Assembly (NCBI GenBank): GCA_964620965.1
Contig: CAZUHV010000002.1
Coordinates: 48,863 to 112,862 of the forward strand
From: an uncultured Pseudomonadales bacterium
GTDB taxonomy: Bacteria > Patescibacteriota > Microgenomatia > UBA1400 > PJMF01
DNA: 64,000 bases
Reading direction: 5' to 3'
This document shows, one piece after another, positions 1-10,900 of the stretch. The notes beneath the pieces were generated by a model. That model was given only the letters and a program-made list of their open reading frames with translations. It was not told the DNA's origin and did not search any database. A program made the position numbers and the translations under genes. Positions within the stretch are counted from its first letter, which is position 1, and each line of letters begins with the position of its first letter.

Positions 1-31
1 GGTTTGTACCTATAGTTTTGTCCAAAACAAT

Positions 32-430
32 ATGCAACTTTCTCGCGCATCAGTTCTGGGAGAAAACGACTCTATGGAAATTGACGACCTAGATTTTGAT
101 GATGCTGATTTAGAAAACTCACTAGAAGAGCTAGATTTATTTCTAGACTCAGAGCTAGAAGAAGATTTGGGTGACAATCTAGATACTGAAGAGCTAGATA
201 CTGAAGAACTGGAACTTGATCCAGAAATAGAATCAGAAATTACTGAGGTTGAAACAGACTTTGAGGTTTCAACAGCTCCTCAAACAACAAAAAAAGTGAC
301 TAAAATTCAGAAACTATTTTTTCTTGTACCAGTAGAAATAGAATCAGAAGAAACCGTTACCGACTCTGGAATAACTGTTGAAAAAAAACAAACTCTACTA
401 GGCAAACTTCTCGATTTATTTAGCTTTTGA
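32..430 (+). CDS. hypothetical highly acidic protein (D/E/L-rich, DLD/ELE repeats)
   Basis: 132-aa ORF. Extreme Asp/Glu content with repeated DLD/EELD/LEE motifs. No recognisable domain. Starts 31 nt from the window edge. Confidence 0.4.
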   Translation: MQLSRASVLGENDSMEIDDLDFDDADLENSLEELDLFLDSELEEDLGDNLDTEELDTEELELDPEIESEITEVETDFEVSTAPQTTKKVTKIQKLFFLVPVEIESEETVTDSGITVEKKQTLLGKLLDLFSF

Positions 431-1038
431 TGTATACTGGTCTTATGACTGAAAAATCACTTTCTCAAAAAATAGTTGGAAGACTAACCGCGTGGTATCT
501 TGAAGCAATAACAGGCTTTCTGTGGTGGTTTGTTGGAATGATACCCTCACACACCATACGAAAATGTTTCTATAAACTGTTTGGAATGCAACTAGGAAGC
601 GGTTCTACAATTCATATGATGGCAAGAATTTATGATCCTCGCAATATTGAAATTGGTACCGATACTCTCATTGGGGAACGAGCCACACTGGATGGAAGAA
701 AACAACTTCCAAATTCAACTGGAGGACTTACAATTGGAAATCACGTAGATATTGCCAGTGAAGTAATGATTTGGACAAGCCAACATGACGTTCATAGCCC
801 AACATTTTCTGCAATAGAAGAAAAAGTTACTATAGAAGACTATGTTTTTATTGGACCAAGATCTATCATCCTTCCAGGCATTACAGTTGGAAAAGGAGCA
901 ATTATTGCAGCTGGATCTGTTGTTACAAAAAATGTTGAACCTTTTACGATTGTTGCCGGTGTACCTGCAAAACAAATATCAGAACGAAAAGATACAAATC
1001 CTAGCTATAAATTAGGAAGAGCTCGATTATTTCAATAA
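427..1038 (+). CDS. hexapeptide-repeat (left-handed beta-helix) sugar O-acetyltransferase
   Basis: Repeated [LIV]-G-x-x-x-x hexapeptides (IGERATLDG, IGNHVDIASE, IGPRSIILPGITVGKGAIIAAGSVV) typical of the LbH acetyltransferase family (WcaF/NeuD-like). Start overlaps the previous stop (ATGA). Confidence 0.7.
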   Translation: MMYTGLMTEKSLSQKIVGRLTAWYLEAITGFLWWFVGMIPSHTIRKCFYKLFGMQLGSGSTIHMMARIYDPRNIEIGTDTLIGERATLDGRKQLPNSTGGLTIGNHVDIASEVMIWTSQHDVHSPTFSAIEEKVTIEDYVFIGPRSIILPGITVGKGAIIAAGSVVTKNVEPFTIVAGVPAKQISERKDTNPSYKLGRARLFQ

Positions 1039-1056
1039 TTGAGTAAATAACTCGCT

Positions 1057-2028
1057 ATGTTACTGTCAGTAATTATTGTTTCTTATAACACCAAAGACCT
1101 AACCCTAGAAACAATCCATTCTGTTATTGAAACAACCAAAGGTTCAAAACTTCTGAAGAATAATTTAGAAATTATTGTTGTTGATAATGCTTCTAAAGAT
1201 GATTCTGTTGCAGCACTTAAAAAACTAAAAAGAAAAATTGGCACTCCACTTTCAATTATTGAAAGTAACTCTAACTTAGGATTTGGAAAAGCAAATAATC
1301 TTGGACTTGAACAAGCAAAAGGAGAGTATTACCTTTTTCTGAACTCTGACACAATTGTGCAAGAACTTGCATTAGATAATATGGTTCAGAGATTTTTAGA
1401 TGATGAAAAAGCTGTGGATGAAAACCTAGAGAGACTTGGAATACTTACTCCTATTCTCCTTAATATTGACTCAACATATCAACCACAAGGAGGATCATTT
1501 CCTTCACTGAGCTCGTTATTTTTTCATATGACAATGCTTGATGACCTTCCAATTATTGGTAAATATTTTCCGTCTACACAACAAACAGGCAAAGCAAGCC
1601 GTTTGAATTTAAATCTATTAGAACACTATACCCAACTCGTTCCCCTTGATTGGGTTGCTGGAACAGCAATGATGATTTCAAAAAAAGGTATTGAGTCATT
1701 TGGAGGATTTGATCCAAATATCTTTATGTATGCAGAAGACATTGAGATCTGCATGAGAGCAAAAAACCATCACTACACAGTTGCATTAGACCCAACTGCA
1801 AGAATTATTCATATACAAAATGCGAGCTCAACTTCAGAAAATGCAGTACGAGGAGAATACAAAGGCTACCTCTATATATTTTCAAAACATTTTTCAAATC
1901 TACAAACTACTATTGCTAAAATGCTTTTGCAGTATGGAGCCCTAATCAGAATATTTGTGTTCAGTATGCTTGCTCCAAATAAAGAAAAAGTAGCTATTTA
2001 TAAAAACGTTTTAAAAGACCTTTCTTAG
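1057..2028 (+). CDS. glycosyltransferase family 2
   Basis: N-terminal LSVIIVSYNTKD...VVDNASKDDS plus a DxD-like NSD motif, typical of the GT2 (GT-A) fold. Confidence 0.75.
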   Translation: MLLSVIIVSYNTKDLTLETIHSVIETTKGSKLLKNNLEIIVVDNASKDDSVAALKKLKRKIGTPLSIIESNSNLGFGKANNLGLEQAKGEYYLFLNSDTIVQELALDNMVQRFLDDEKAVDENLERLGILTPILLNIDSTYQPQGGSFPSLSSLFFHMTMLDDLPIIGKYFPSTQQTGKASRLNLNLLEHYTQLVPLDWVAGTAMMISKKGIESFGGFDPNIFMYAEDIEICMRAKNHHYTVALDPTARIIHIQNASSTSENAVRGEYKGYLYIFSKHFSNLQTTIAKMLLQYGALIRIFVFSMLAPNKEKVAIYKNVLKDLS

Positions 2029-2071
2029 AGCAAACTTGATAAAAATAGGGTATACTTAGAATTAGTTTCTA

Positions 2072-3781
2072 ATGGGAAAAAAAATAAAATCTATCAACTG
2101 GCTTACTTTCTTAGAACAACACATGCTCATCATATTGAGCTCATTTTTGTTAGCTTTTATTCCACTATACCCAAAGCTTCCATTATTTGACCTTATTGAA
2201 GGATACATCGTAAGAGTACGACTAGAAGATTTTTTAATTGTATTTGCTATGGGTATTTACTTTTTGCAGGTACTTAAAAAGAAAATCAGTATCGAAACAC
2301 CTTTAACAAAAATTATATTTGCATATTCCATAATTGGCTTTTTATCTGTAATTTCTGGAATTTTTATTACTCATACCATTCCAACAACACAAGTTCATTT
2401 ACTTAAAAGCTTTTTACATTTCTTAAGATACATAGAATACTTTTCTCTATTTTTTTTACTGTATGCTGCAATTAAATCAAAAAGAGACGTACAAATCGCT
2501 TCTGCTGTAATTGTTGTCACAATGTTATTGGTTGGAATATATGGATTAGGACAAAAATATCTGTACTGGCCAGTGTATTCAACGATGAATAGAGAGTTTA
2601 GTAAAGGAATTGTGCTCTATCTTACAGAACATGCAAGGGTTCAATCAACCTTTGCCGGACACTATGACATGGCAGCGTATTTAGTCATCGTTTTACCTCT
2701 GGTTTTAGCATTTTTATTTCAAAAAAATCTCAAAAGAATCACCAGAGTTTTTTTGTGGAGTTCATATGTTCTTGGGCTTTTAATGATGATGCTGAGTGCT
2801 TCAAGAACTTCGTTGGCAGGATTGGTATTTGGATTGTTCCTGACAATCTTGATCTCTGCTTTGCTAAAACAAACTAATTCGGAAAAAATTGGGTTCTTTT
2901 TTAAACAATCAATTGTAAATGGACTCATTTTTACGGTACTGTTTACATTTTTTGGAAGTAACATGGCAGAACGTTTACTCCAAGTTGTCGAAAAATATCC
3001 ACAGGTAGAAACAATAAAAACTGGAATTGAAAACACAAAAATAGCGCTCCTTAATGGAATTCAAATTAATAACTATCTTTCTTTTGAGGTTGAAAAACCA
3101 GAGAATGGCATCTCCACAGATCAAGCAGCAGTCTTGGTTTCTTCGGATACACGACCAACTCCTGTCAAACCAAGTGATGTATATGTTGACGTGCCAGATC
3201 AAGTAAAAGTTGCAACCATTTCTGCAACAGGAGAAAAAACCTTTGTTGTGATAGAAGTGCCAAGAACGTATTCAGATAATGCACTCAAACACGGACTTTC
3301 GATGGCCATTAGACTAGACACACTTTGGCCACAAGCACTAGCTGGATTTTATAAAAATCCTCTTTTAGGCACAGGATACGCAACACTAACTAAGTCCCAA
3401 GTTGATGAATTTACAGAAGCCGACTCAACAGATAATAACTTCTTAAGAACACTCGGTGAAACTGGCTTATTAGGCGTGATTACCTTCTATGGTTCTATTG
3501 TTATTGCACTTTTGGCAAGTAAAAAAATACTCACAAGTAAACTTGAAGAAGATCGATTCAAAAAACTATTTGCCATTGGATACATTGGAGCAACTGTAGG
3601 ATTACTTATCAATGCAACTTTTATAGATGTATTTGCTGCTTCAAAGGTTGCATACACATATTGGGCTGTCACAGGAATACTTTTAGCTTATGCAAATATT
3701 AAAACTACACCCGCTGTAAAAACTGAAAAAATGGCTAACAAAAGAAAACGTAAAAAAGGTACTCAATTTAAAAACACATGA
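2072..3781 (+). CDS. O-antigen ligase/polymerase-like (Wzy_C family) polytopic membrane protein with a C-terminal extension
   Basis: More than 10 predicted TM helices. SASRTSLAG motif and an extracytoplasmic loop typical of the Wzy/WaaL family. Extra TM segments at the C-terminus. Confidence 0.55.
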   Translation: MGKKIKSINWLTFLEQHMLIILSSFLLAFIPLYPKLPLFDLIEGYIVRVRLEDFLIVFAMGIYFLQVLKKKISIETPLTKIIFAYSIIGFLSVISGIFITHTIPTTQVHLLKSFLHFLRYIEYFSLFFLLYAAIKSKRDVQIASAVIVVTMLLVGIYGLGQKYLYWPVYSTMNREFSKGIVLYLTEHARVQSTFAGHYDMAAYLVIVLPLVLAFLFQKNLKRITRVFLWSSYVLGLLMMMLSASRTSLAGLVFGLFLTILISALLKQTNSEKIGFFFKQSIVNGLIFTVLFTFFGSNMAERLLQVVEKYPQVETIKTGIENTKIALLNGIQINNYLSFEVEKPENGISTDQAAVLVSSDTRPTPVKPSDVYVDVPDQVKVATISATGEKTFVVIEVPRTYSDNALKHGLSMAIRLDTLWPQALAGFYKNPLLGTGYATLTKSQVDEFTEADSTDNNFLRTLGETGLLGVITFYGSIVIALLASKKILTSKLEEDRFKKLFAIGYIGATVGLLINATFIDVFAASKVAYTYWAVTGILLAYANIKTTPAVKTEKMANKRKRKKGTQFKNT

Positions 3782-5217
3782 AAAATATTTTAAAAAAATA
3801 TCCACTCCTTATTGTTTTAGCAGTTTTTGCATTCACACTCAGACTCTATAAAGTAAATACCCCGTTACTTGACTGGCACAGCTGGAGACAAGCCGATACT
3901 GCTTCTGTCACAAGAGAGTACACAAAAAAAGCACTTAATCCTTTGACCCCAACATATCATGATTTATCTAATATCCCTTCAGGAATGGATAACCCAAATG
4001 GCTATAGAATGGTGGAATTTCCTTTTTATAACATATTGGTTGCTGCAATACTCAAAGCTATTCCAGCACTCCCATTGGTACCAACAAGTAGAATTGTTTC
4101 AGCTCTTTTTTCTATTGGAACGCTTTTTTGTTTGTTTTTTCTTGCTAGAAGTTACTATGGTAAAAAAGTTGGGTACCTTACTGCGTTCTTTTTCGCAGTA
4201 TTGCCATATTCAGTGTATTATTCTAGGGTAATTTTGCCAGAGCCTATTATGGTTTTTTTCTCAACACTTTCTATTACTGCGTTTAGATTCTATATTAAAA
4301 AACCATCTGCTAAAACTTATTGGACTTCACTCATCTCACTCATGCTTGCGCTACTGCTCAAGCCATTTGTTGCATTTTTAATTCCTGTATATGCAGTTAT
4401 CTTATTCGAAGAAAGGAAATTAAAAGCTGTTCTCACAGATATAAGACTGTATGCATATGCAGTATTGGCAGTTATTCCTTTTATGCTTTGGAGATACTGG
4501 ATAGCAAAGTTCCCAGAGGGAATTCCTGCTTCTGACTGGCTTTTAAATGGAAACGGAATTCGCTTCAGACCAGCTTGGTTTAGGTGGTTGGGGTATGAAA
4601 GAATTACAAAACTAATTCTTGGATATGTTGGCGTCATTTTTCTACCAATTAGCGTTATAAATCAACTAAAGAATAAAAAACTACTCATACCTGCATGGTG
4701 GCTTGGTATTGGTGTTTACTTTGCAGTAATTGCAACTGGAAACGTTCAACATGACTACTATCAAGCAATTACAACCCCAATTATTGCACTCACACTTGGA
4801 CATGCAGTGCTTGTGTTGGATAACTTTATTACAAAGAAAACGAATGCGCTTGTTTCTATTGCAGTTGTTGGAACTCTGATTATTGCTATGCTTACTTTGT
4901 CGTATAACCAAGTAAAAGGCTATTATAATATTAACCATTCAGAATATGAAAAGGCTGGAAAAGCAGCAGATGAATTGCTACCAAAAGATGCAAAAGTAAT
5001 TGCTCCACAATATGGAGGAGACACAGCATATCTCTATCAAATTAACAGAAGTGGATGGCCACTTGGATACGATATAGATAAAAAAATTGAAATGGGAGCA
5101 ACATACTATGTTTCAACATCATATGATGAAGAAGCAAAAGAACTAGAAGAGAAATACATGATAGTAGAAAAAACAAATGACTTTATCATCATTGATCTAA
5201 CTAAAACTAGAGAATAA
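3778..5217 (+). CDS. GT-C fold glycosyltransferase, ArnT/PMT-like (GT39/GT83 family)
   Basis: N-terminal YKVNTPLLDWHSWRQADTASVTREY motif typical of PMT_2/ArnT-type undecaprenyl/dolichyl-phosphate sugar transferases. About 11 TM helices followed by a C-terminal soluble domain. Confidence 0.6.
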   Translation: MKNILKKYPLLIVLAVFAFTLRLYKVNTPLLDWHSWRQADTASVTREYTKKALNPLTPTYHDLSNIPSGMDNPNGYRMVEFPFYNILVAAILKAIPALPLVPTSRIVSALFSIGTLFCLFFLARSYYGKKVGYLTAFFFAVLPYSVYYSRVILPEPIMVFFSTLSITAFRFYIKKPSAKTYWTSLISLMLALLLKPFVAFLIPVYAVILFEERKLKAVLTDIRLYAYAVLAVIPFMLWRYWIAKFPEGIPASDWLLNGNGIRFRPAWFRWLGYERITKLILGYVGVIFLPISVINQLKNKKLLIPAWWLGIGVYFAVIATGNVQHDYYQAITTPIIALTLGHAVLVLDNFITKKTNALVSIAVVGTLIIAMLTLSYNQVKGYYNINHSEYEKAGKAADELLPKDAKVIAPQYGGDTAYLYQINRSGWPLGYDIDKKIEMGATYYVSTSYDEEAKELEEKYMIVEKTNDFIIIDLTKTRE

Positions 5218-5222
5218 CTTGT

Positions 5223-6416
5223 ATGAAAATTTTAATGCTTACCCCATATTTACCATATCCGTTACTTTCTGGTGGACAGATAAGAACATACAACTTGCTT
5301 AAAAAATTAGCAAATAAACATGAAGTCACTCTTTTTTCATTGATAAAAAGCGAAGAAGAAAAAGAATATATTCCAGAATTAAAAAAATACTGCTCAAAAG
5401 TACGAGTTTTTAAGCGTTCCGAAAAGCCATTTACTCTAAAAAATATTTTCAAAACAGCTTTTTCATCTTATCCATTCTTGGTTATTAGAAACCACGCTCC
5501 ACAAATCATTAGTGCTGTAGAAACAGAACTTCAGTCGGAAAAATATGACTTAATTCATGCCGAGACCTTTTACATGATGCCTCATATTCCAAAAACAAAC
5601 ATTCCAACTATTCTTGTTGAGCAAACAATTGAGTATTTGGGTTATGAAAGTTATGCTAAAAAAACTCCATTTTTCCTCAGACCTATACTGAACATAGATA
5701 TTGAAAAAATTAGAAGGTGGGAAAAATTTTACTGGAACGCCTGCGATACACTCATTGTTATGAGCGAGGAAGACAAAAAATACATCGGAAAAGAAATTGG
5801 TGATTCAAAAAAAATTGAAGTTGTTGCAAATGGGGTAGATACTAGCTGGTTTGAAGAAATTAAGAAAAAAGTAACAAAAGTTCCAACTATACTCTCTGTA
5901 GGCACTTTTAAGTGGCTCCCAAATGTTGAAGCAGTAAAATTCTTAGTTACGAAAGTGTGGCCACTTGTGAAAAAAGAGTTACCAAATGTGCAACTAAAAA
6001 TTGTTGGAAATGCACCAACCGAAGATGTCTATAAATACGAAAAAGATGATTCTACAATTACTGTTATCGGCAGAATTCCAGATATCAGAGATGCATTTGC
6101 AACATCAGATGTTTTAATGGCCCCAGTATTTAGCGGCAAAGGGACAAGATACAAAGTTTTAGAAGCTATGGCTTCTGGAACACCAATTGTTGCTACAACA
6201 ACTGCTGTGGAAGGTTTGGAAGTCGAAAATGGAGTTCATGTCATGACTAGCAATACCCCAGAAGGAATGGCAAAACTTGCTGTTGAGCTTCTGAACGACC
6301 AAGAAAAAAGAAAAAAAATGGCAATAAATGGCAAAAAATTTGTTAAAGAAAATTATGACTGGTCACTTATTTCGCACAAACTTGATATGATCTACCAAAG
6401 AATTGGAAGTAAATAA
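5223..6416 (+). CDS. glycosyltransferase family 4 (GT-B)
   Basis: MKILMLTPYLPYP...SGGQ N-terminus. C-terminal EAMASGTPIV...E motif of GT4/GT1 retaining glycosyltransferases. Confidence 0.75.
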   Translation: MKILMLTPYLPYPLLSGGQIRTYNLLKKLANKHEVTLFSLIKSEEEKEYIPELKKYCSKVRVFKRSEKPFTLKNIFKTAFSSYPFLVIRNHAPQIISAVETELQSEKYDLIHAETFYMMPHIPKTNIPTILVEQTIEYLGYESYAKKTPFFLRPILNIDIEKIRRWEKFYWNACDTLIVMSEEDKKYIGKEIGDSKKIEVVANGVDTSWFEEIKKKVTKVPTILSVGTFKWLPNVEAVKFLVTKVWPLVKKELPNVQLKIVGNAPTEDVYKYEKDDSTITVIGRIPDIRDAFATSDVLMAPVFSGKGTRYKVLEAMASGTPIVATTTAVEGLEVENGVHVMTSNTPEGMAKLAVELLNDQEKRKKMAINGKKFVKENYDWSLISHKLDMIYQRIGSK

Positions 6417-6430
6417 AAGGTACCTAAACT

Positions 6431-7312
6431 ATGGCAAAAACAAAGCACCCCGATTTAGAAATTATTATTGTTAACTATAACAGTCAATTCTGGCTCAAGA
6501 AAACACTCTCTACATTAAAAGAGTTCTACTTAGACAAAACAAAGAAGTTTGTTGTTACAACTGTGGTTGATAATGCCTCAGAGGATGACTCTCTTAAAAT
6601 GATTGGAAGGGAGTTTCGTTGGGTTAACGTTATAAAACTGAAAGAAAATTTTGGCTTTGCTGTGGCAAATAACGCAGCACTTAGAGAAACAAAAGCAAAG
6701 TATGTTATGTTACTTAATTCTGATGTTGAGTTTACAGAAAAATCAAACCTTGATATTTTACTTCGGTTTTTAGATGATAAACCAAAAGTTGGTGTTATTA
6801 CTCCTAGAATTGAGTTTACTAACGGAGAAATAGACCCTGCGTGTCATAGGGGAGAACCAACAATTTGGGCCTCATTTACATACATGAGTGGACTAGAAAA
6901 TCTCTTGCCAACTAGTAAATGGTTTGCTGGGTATCATCAAACATATAAAAATTTCAGAAATATTCATACTATCGATGCATGTTCTGGTGCTGCAATGATA
7001 GTTCGAGGAGAACTTTTGGAAGACGTTGGACTTTTAGATGAACGCTTTTTTATGTATGCAGAAGATCTTGATTGGTGTAAAAGATTTCGAGAAGCTGGTA
7101 ATTTAGTTGTATATAACCCAGAAGTAATAGTCATCCACCACAAATATAAATCTGGCATTAAAAATACCTCTCAATCAATAGCAAGAAAAACTCGTAAGCA
7201 TTTTTACGACACCATGCTACAATACTATGACAAACACTACTTGGAAAGTTATCCAAGATTTGTTAGAAACATTATTAAGTACATTTTAGTAATAAAAAAA
7301 GGAGCACTATGA
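6431..7312 (+). CDS. glycosyltransferase family 2
   Basis: EIIIVNYNS...VVDNASEDDS and an NSD motif. GT2 fold. Confidence 0.75.
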   Translation: MAKTKHPDLEIIIVNYNSQFWLKKTLSTLKEFYLDKTKKFVVTTVVDNASEDDSLKMIGREFRWVNVIKLKENFGFAVANNAALRETKAKYVMLLNSDVEFTEKSNLDILLRFLDDKPKVGVITPRIEFTNGEIDPACHRGEPTIWASFTYMSGLENLLPTSKWFAGYHQTYKNFRNIHTIDACSGAAMIVRGELLEDVGLLDERFFMYAEDLDWCKRFREAGNLVVYNPEVIVIHHKYKSGIKNTSQSIARKTRKHFYDTMLQYYDKHYLESYPRFVRNIIKYILVIKKGAL

Positions 7313-7791
7313 ACTACCTTACTGAATTTAAAATTCAGCAACTTCGTACAAAAAATTTAACTGCTGCAGTTGAAACAGTAGCTATAACAATGGGAGCTGT
7401 AATGATCAACATGTTGGTCCCACAACTCTTACTTAAATATGTCTACACTGATCCAACAGCATTTGGTTTAGAAGCACCTGCAGTTTTCACATACCTTCCT
7501 TTAGTAACATATGCAGTTGCGCTTGGTTACTTCTTCTATGCAATGGTTGGAAACTTTGTTAGATGTAGAAAAGCAAACGCTTTAGAACAAGAATTTATTC
7601 TTACTGGCGGTTCTTGTGGTGACGGTTGTTGTGGAGATGGCTGTTGTTCTACTGAATCTCAAGATGAAGAAATCAGCGAAGATGAGTTAAAAGAACTCGA
7701 AAGAATCGTTGACGAAGCATTAAAACCATCAAAAAAATCAACAAAAGCTACTGCTAAAAAAACAGCAAAGAAGAAGACAGCTAAGAAATAA
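7309..7791 (+). CDS. small membrane protein with a Cys-rich GDGCC repeat and a lysine-rich C-terminal tail
   Basis: 160-aa ORF. ATGA overlap with the upstream GT2 gene, i.e. translational coupling. Two hydrophobic helices, then GGSCGDGCCGDGCC, an acidic segment and KKSTKATAKKTAKKKTAKK. A hairpin plus T-run terminator follows. Confidence 0.5.
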   Translation: MNYLTEFKIQQLRTKNLTAAVETVAITMGAVMINMLVPQLLLKYVYTDPTAFGLEAPAVFTYLPLVTYAVALGYFFYAMVGNFVRCRKANALEQEFILTGGSCGDGCCGDGCCSTESQDEEISEDELKELERIVDEALKPSKKSTKATAKKTAKKKTAKK

Positions 7792-7814
7792 TTTTGTAAA
7801 ATTTAGCATAAAAG

Positions 7815-7852
7815 TAAAAAACCGCCAGTTTTTAAAGCTGACGGTTTTTTTT
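7815..7852. terminator. bidirectional intrinsic terminator between convergent genes
   Basis: A-run, then CCGCCAG...CTGACGG hairpin (1 mismatch), then T8. It sits between the + gene ending at 7791 and the - gene ending at 7949. Confidence 0.55.
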
Positions 7853-7948
7853 GCTCATTTTACAATTTGTTGTGGATTTGGGCAGGCATTCTGCGTAAGC
7901 CACAACTCATATTTTAACAATTAAACGATTTAATTTTGATTCATTTTT

Positions 7949-10900
7949 TTATTGGCAACTACTCGGATAGACATAAATGTTATTCGAGTGTGCATAGTAG
8001 GGCGTATTCAGCGCCGTTACCCATATTTCGTACTGAAGACTACAATCCAAACCAGTCACTGTGTACGTTTCAGTATTTGCAGGCAAGTACACAAAGAAAG
8101 TATCGGCAGATGTAGTGGCTTTGTAGCCGAGCCGATACTCTAGTTCAATGTTTGAATTATCATTCCACACTACCGAAATAGAGGTTGTCGTTGAGGAAGT
8201 CTTATGAAGATCTGTTGGGGCATTAGGGGTTGGACCTTCAACTGGATCACAGGCGTTTGTGTTTGCACTTATAAAGTTGCTTTCCGAGTAATACAGATTG
8301 CCGTTATCCCAGTTTATCACGCGCACTACAAAATTGTATTGTGTTTCGCACTCTAAACCAGAAACTGTGTAGCTCTCAGTATTCGCAGCAACTGTGGGAT
8401 TAAACCATTCCCCACCATCTGCTTGATACCAGACTTCAAAATTATCCTCAATCGTGGAGTTATCGTCCCACGCGACGGTAATTGAGTTTTGGCCTACAGT
8501 TGTTACATGAAGGCCTGAGGGAGCGTTGGGAGTTGGGCCTTCTTGAGGAGGCGGCGAGCCACCAGGTTTTACTACCAAAGGGAGATATATTGCACCATCC
8601 CAAACAGGTTCAACATAACAACTTGGTGTAGAAACCGCAACCAAGTTTGGTGTAGCAGAGTCACCCCAGTTGTTGAAGGCCTTCACCAAGTAATGATAGT
8701 CTGTTCCACAAGGAAGGTCATTGAAAGTCCATGACGTTGTATAGCGGCTATTGATAGTCGCAACCAACGCATAGAAATCATCATCCACATGTTCGTAGAT
8801 ATGATACCCTTGCGTAGAACTATCTGTGCTTTGTTCCCACTCCACAGTGATTGACTGGTTGTCATTTTCCTCTGCCGACATGACAAATTGGCCTAAGGCC
8901 AAGTTGCCATTGTTATTTGAATACCCCCATGCGCTTTGTGGCATTTCGGGGGAGCCATCACAGTATTCGTTGTCGAACACTGCGAATGAGGAAATAACAG
9001 AATCGCCTTCGCCAACACTGATTGAAACACCGTTATTCAAGGCGTCATTTCTAAAGGTTGTCATGCTTGTTGAAAAACATTTATCTCCACCCTGATAGTT
9101 AGCGTGTTCCCAAACCTTAATTGACCAACCTGCCTTAATCCGCAAACTGGAAATTTGATCATTCCAGTTTGTTCCACACCAATTTGTTAAATCAGCGGCA
9201 GATGTTGGACCATGTCCACCGCAATTGGAAAACTGCACGCCTTCGTCTTGGTAGACAATGTAGTCATGAGTCTCAATAAGGGGATCTTGGCAAAGATCAA
9301 AGTTAAACACTTCTAGACCAACAATCTGATACGGCCAGCCAGCCGCATTTAGATTAGGCACGCTGCGATTAAAGCAGAATGCCTGATTGACGCTTTGCCG
9401 TTTGTCAATTCGGTACAAAACTACTGAGCTACCCGTTTTCAAACTCAGACTACCAGCATAGAAATACTGGTGGTCGTGAAAACCAGTGTAGTAGCTTGGA
9501 CCAGAGCCTTGATATCCAGTCCCGCTAAAGAATTGAACGTTAGGTGGTTGGGTTGGATTGGGTGGATCAGTAGGACAGACATCCCTGTTATACACGAAAA
9601 CTGACTGAATTTTCGTCTGCCAGTCATTGTGATCTTGTAGGTTAGGAACATTTGAGTTCCAACATTCACTCATACCCTGCATGTTGTCATCACGATAAGT
9701 GATAACCGACCAACCATTGGGGATCTGCATACTATAGCCTTCAGCATTTGGCTCGTTGTCGAGCCCTACATCAAAGGTATATAGCATCGCACCTTCATAG
9801 TTAGGGTATTGGAAGAGCTTAACAGCTCCACCACTACCAGTTTGAGGACCAGGAGGAAGAGGTTGTGTATCTGGAGAAGGCGGCGTATCAGGTGAATTTG
9901 TCGGGCAACTCCCAGCAATTATTTTTACACTCCCAACAAAATTAGCAATGCTAAAATGTGTCCCTGGGTAGAAATCTTTGTTCATATCCCACAGGTCACC
10001 AGAATAACAGGCAGACATTGTTGGAGGTGATTGTGGATTGTAAATAATCACACTATAACCTGGTTGTATGTCCAACGAATACGGGGTAAAATTACCAATA
10101 TTAATTTCTTGGCCGACTTGATTAGTCAACCAAATATTACCATTGCAATGTGTTTGGTCAAACAGACGCAAAAGCTCACTACTATGGTTGACTGATGAGT
10201 TATCTATACAATTCGAGTACGATGAAGGGTCAATGGTTCTGTAAATCCATGATTTGTAATTTGGGACATTTTGAAAACCCATTGTTTCCACATATCCACA
10301 GAAAGGAGTGCTTCCTGTAGAAATAATGGCTCCTAAAATGGTTTGACCATTTTTCACATATACAAGTGGACCACCACTGTCACCCGGACAAGTTGACCTC
10401 CCACTAATAACGGCTGCAACAAATTTATCTTGATTTTCGCTTTGAGTTAAATTATTGAAACTTATCTCAAGCAAATCATTTGATGTCTGAATCAGACCGA
10501 TATTGCCGTAACCCATTGCAACAAATTGTTCATGATTATCAATGTAAGTTGAAATATCGTCTGGCGTGCCAATTTGTATTGGTGGTCTTGAAGAAGGTCT
10601 AGATAACTTCCATAAAGCTAAATCAGTTTCCCCGGGGTTTAAATCTCCACCACTAAATGTAATTGGTTCACCATTTAGTTGAATTCTTTCAACATTTCCA
10701 TTCCAAATATGATCTCCACCAATTATGGCTGTATATACGGCATCACTACCATATGTGTAAAAGGCACCACCTGAAGTTGATCTCCAACAATGATGTGCTG
10801 TTAAAATCCAATCAGGATGAATTAAAACTCCGCCACAGAATTTATCATTTGTATAAGATTCATTTGTAGCAGTTAATTCAACCATCCAAGGATACTTACC

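Noticed and set aside
715-975. Antisense or alternate-frame ORFs of 60-150 aa embedded within confidently assigned genes (for example 715-975, 2719-3036, 4317-4637, 24697-25188, 30516-30962, 36441-36806, 43239-43652, 47385-47759)
   Set aside because: Each lies entirely inside a long ORF with clear family motifs on the other strand or frame, and has low-complexity or Cys/Ser-rich composition typical of chance ORFs in AT-rich DNA.
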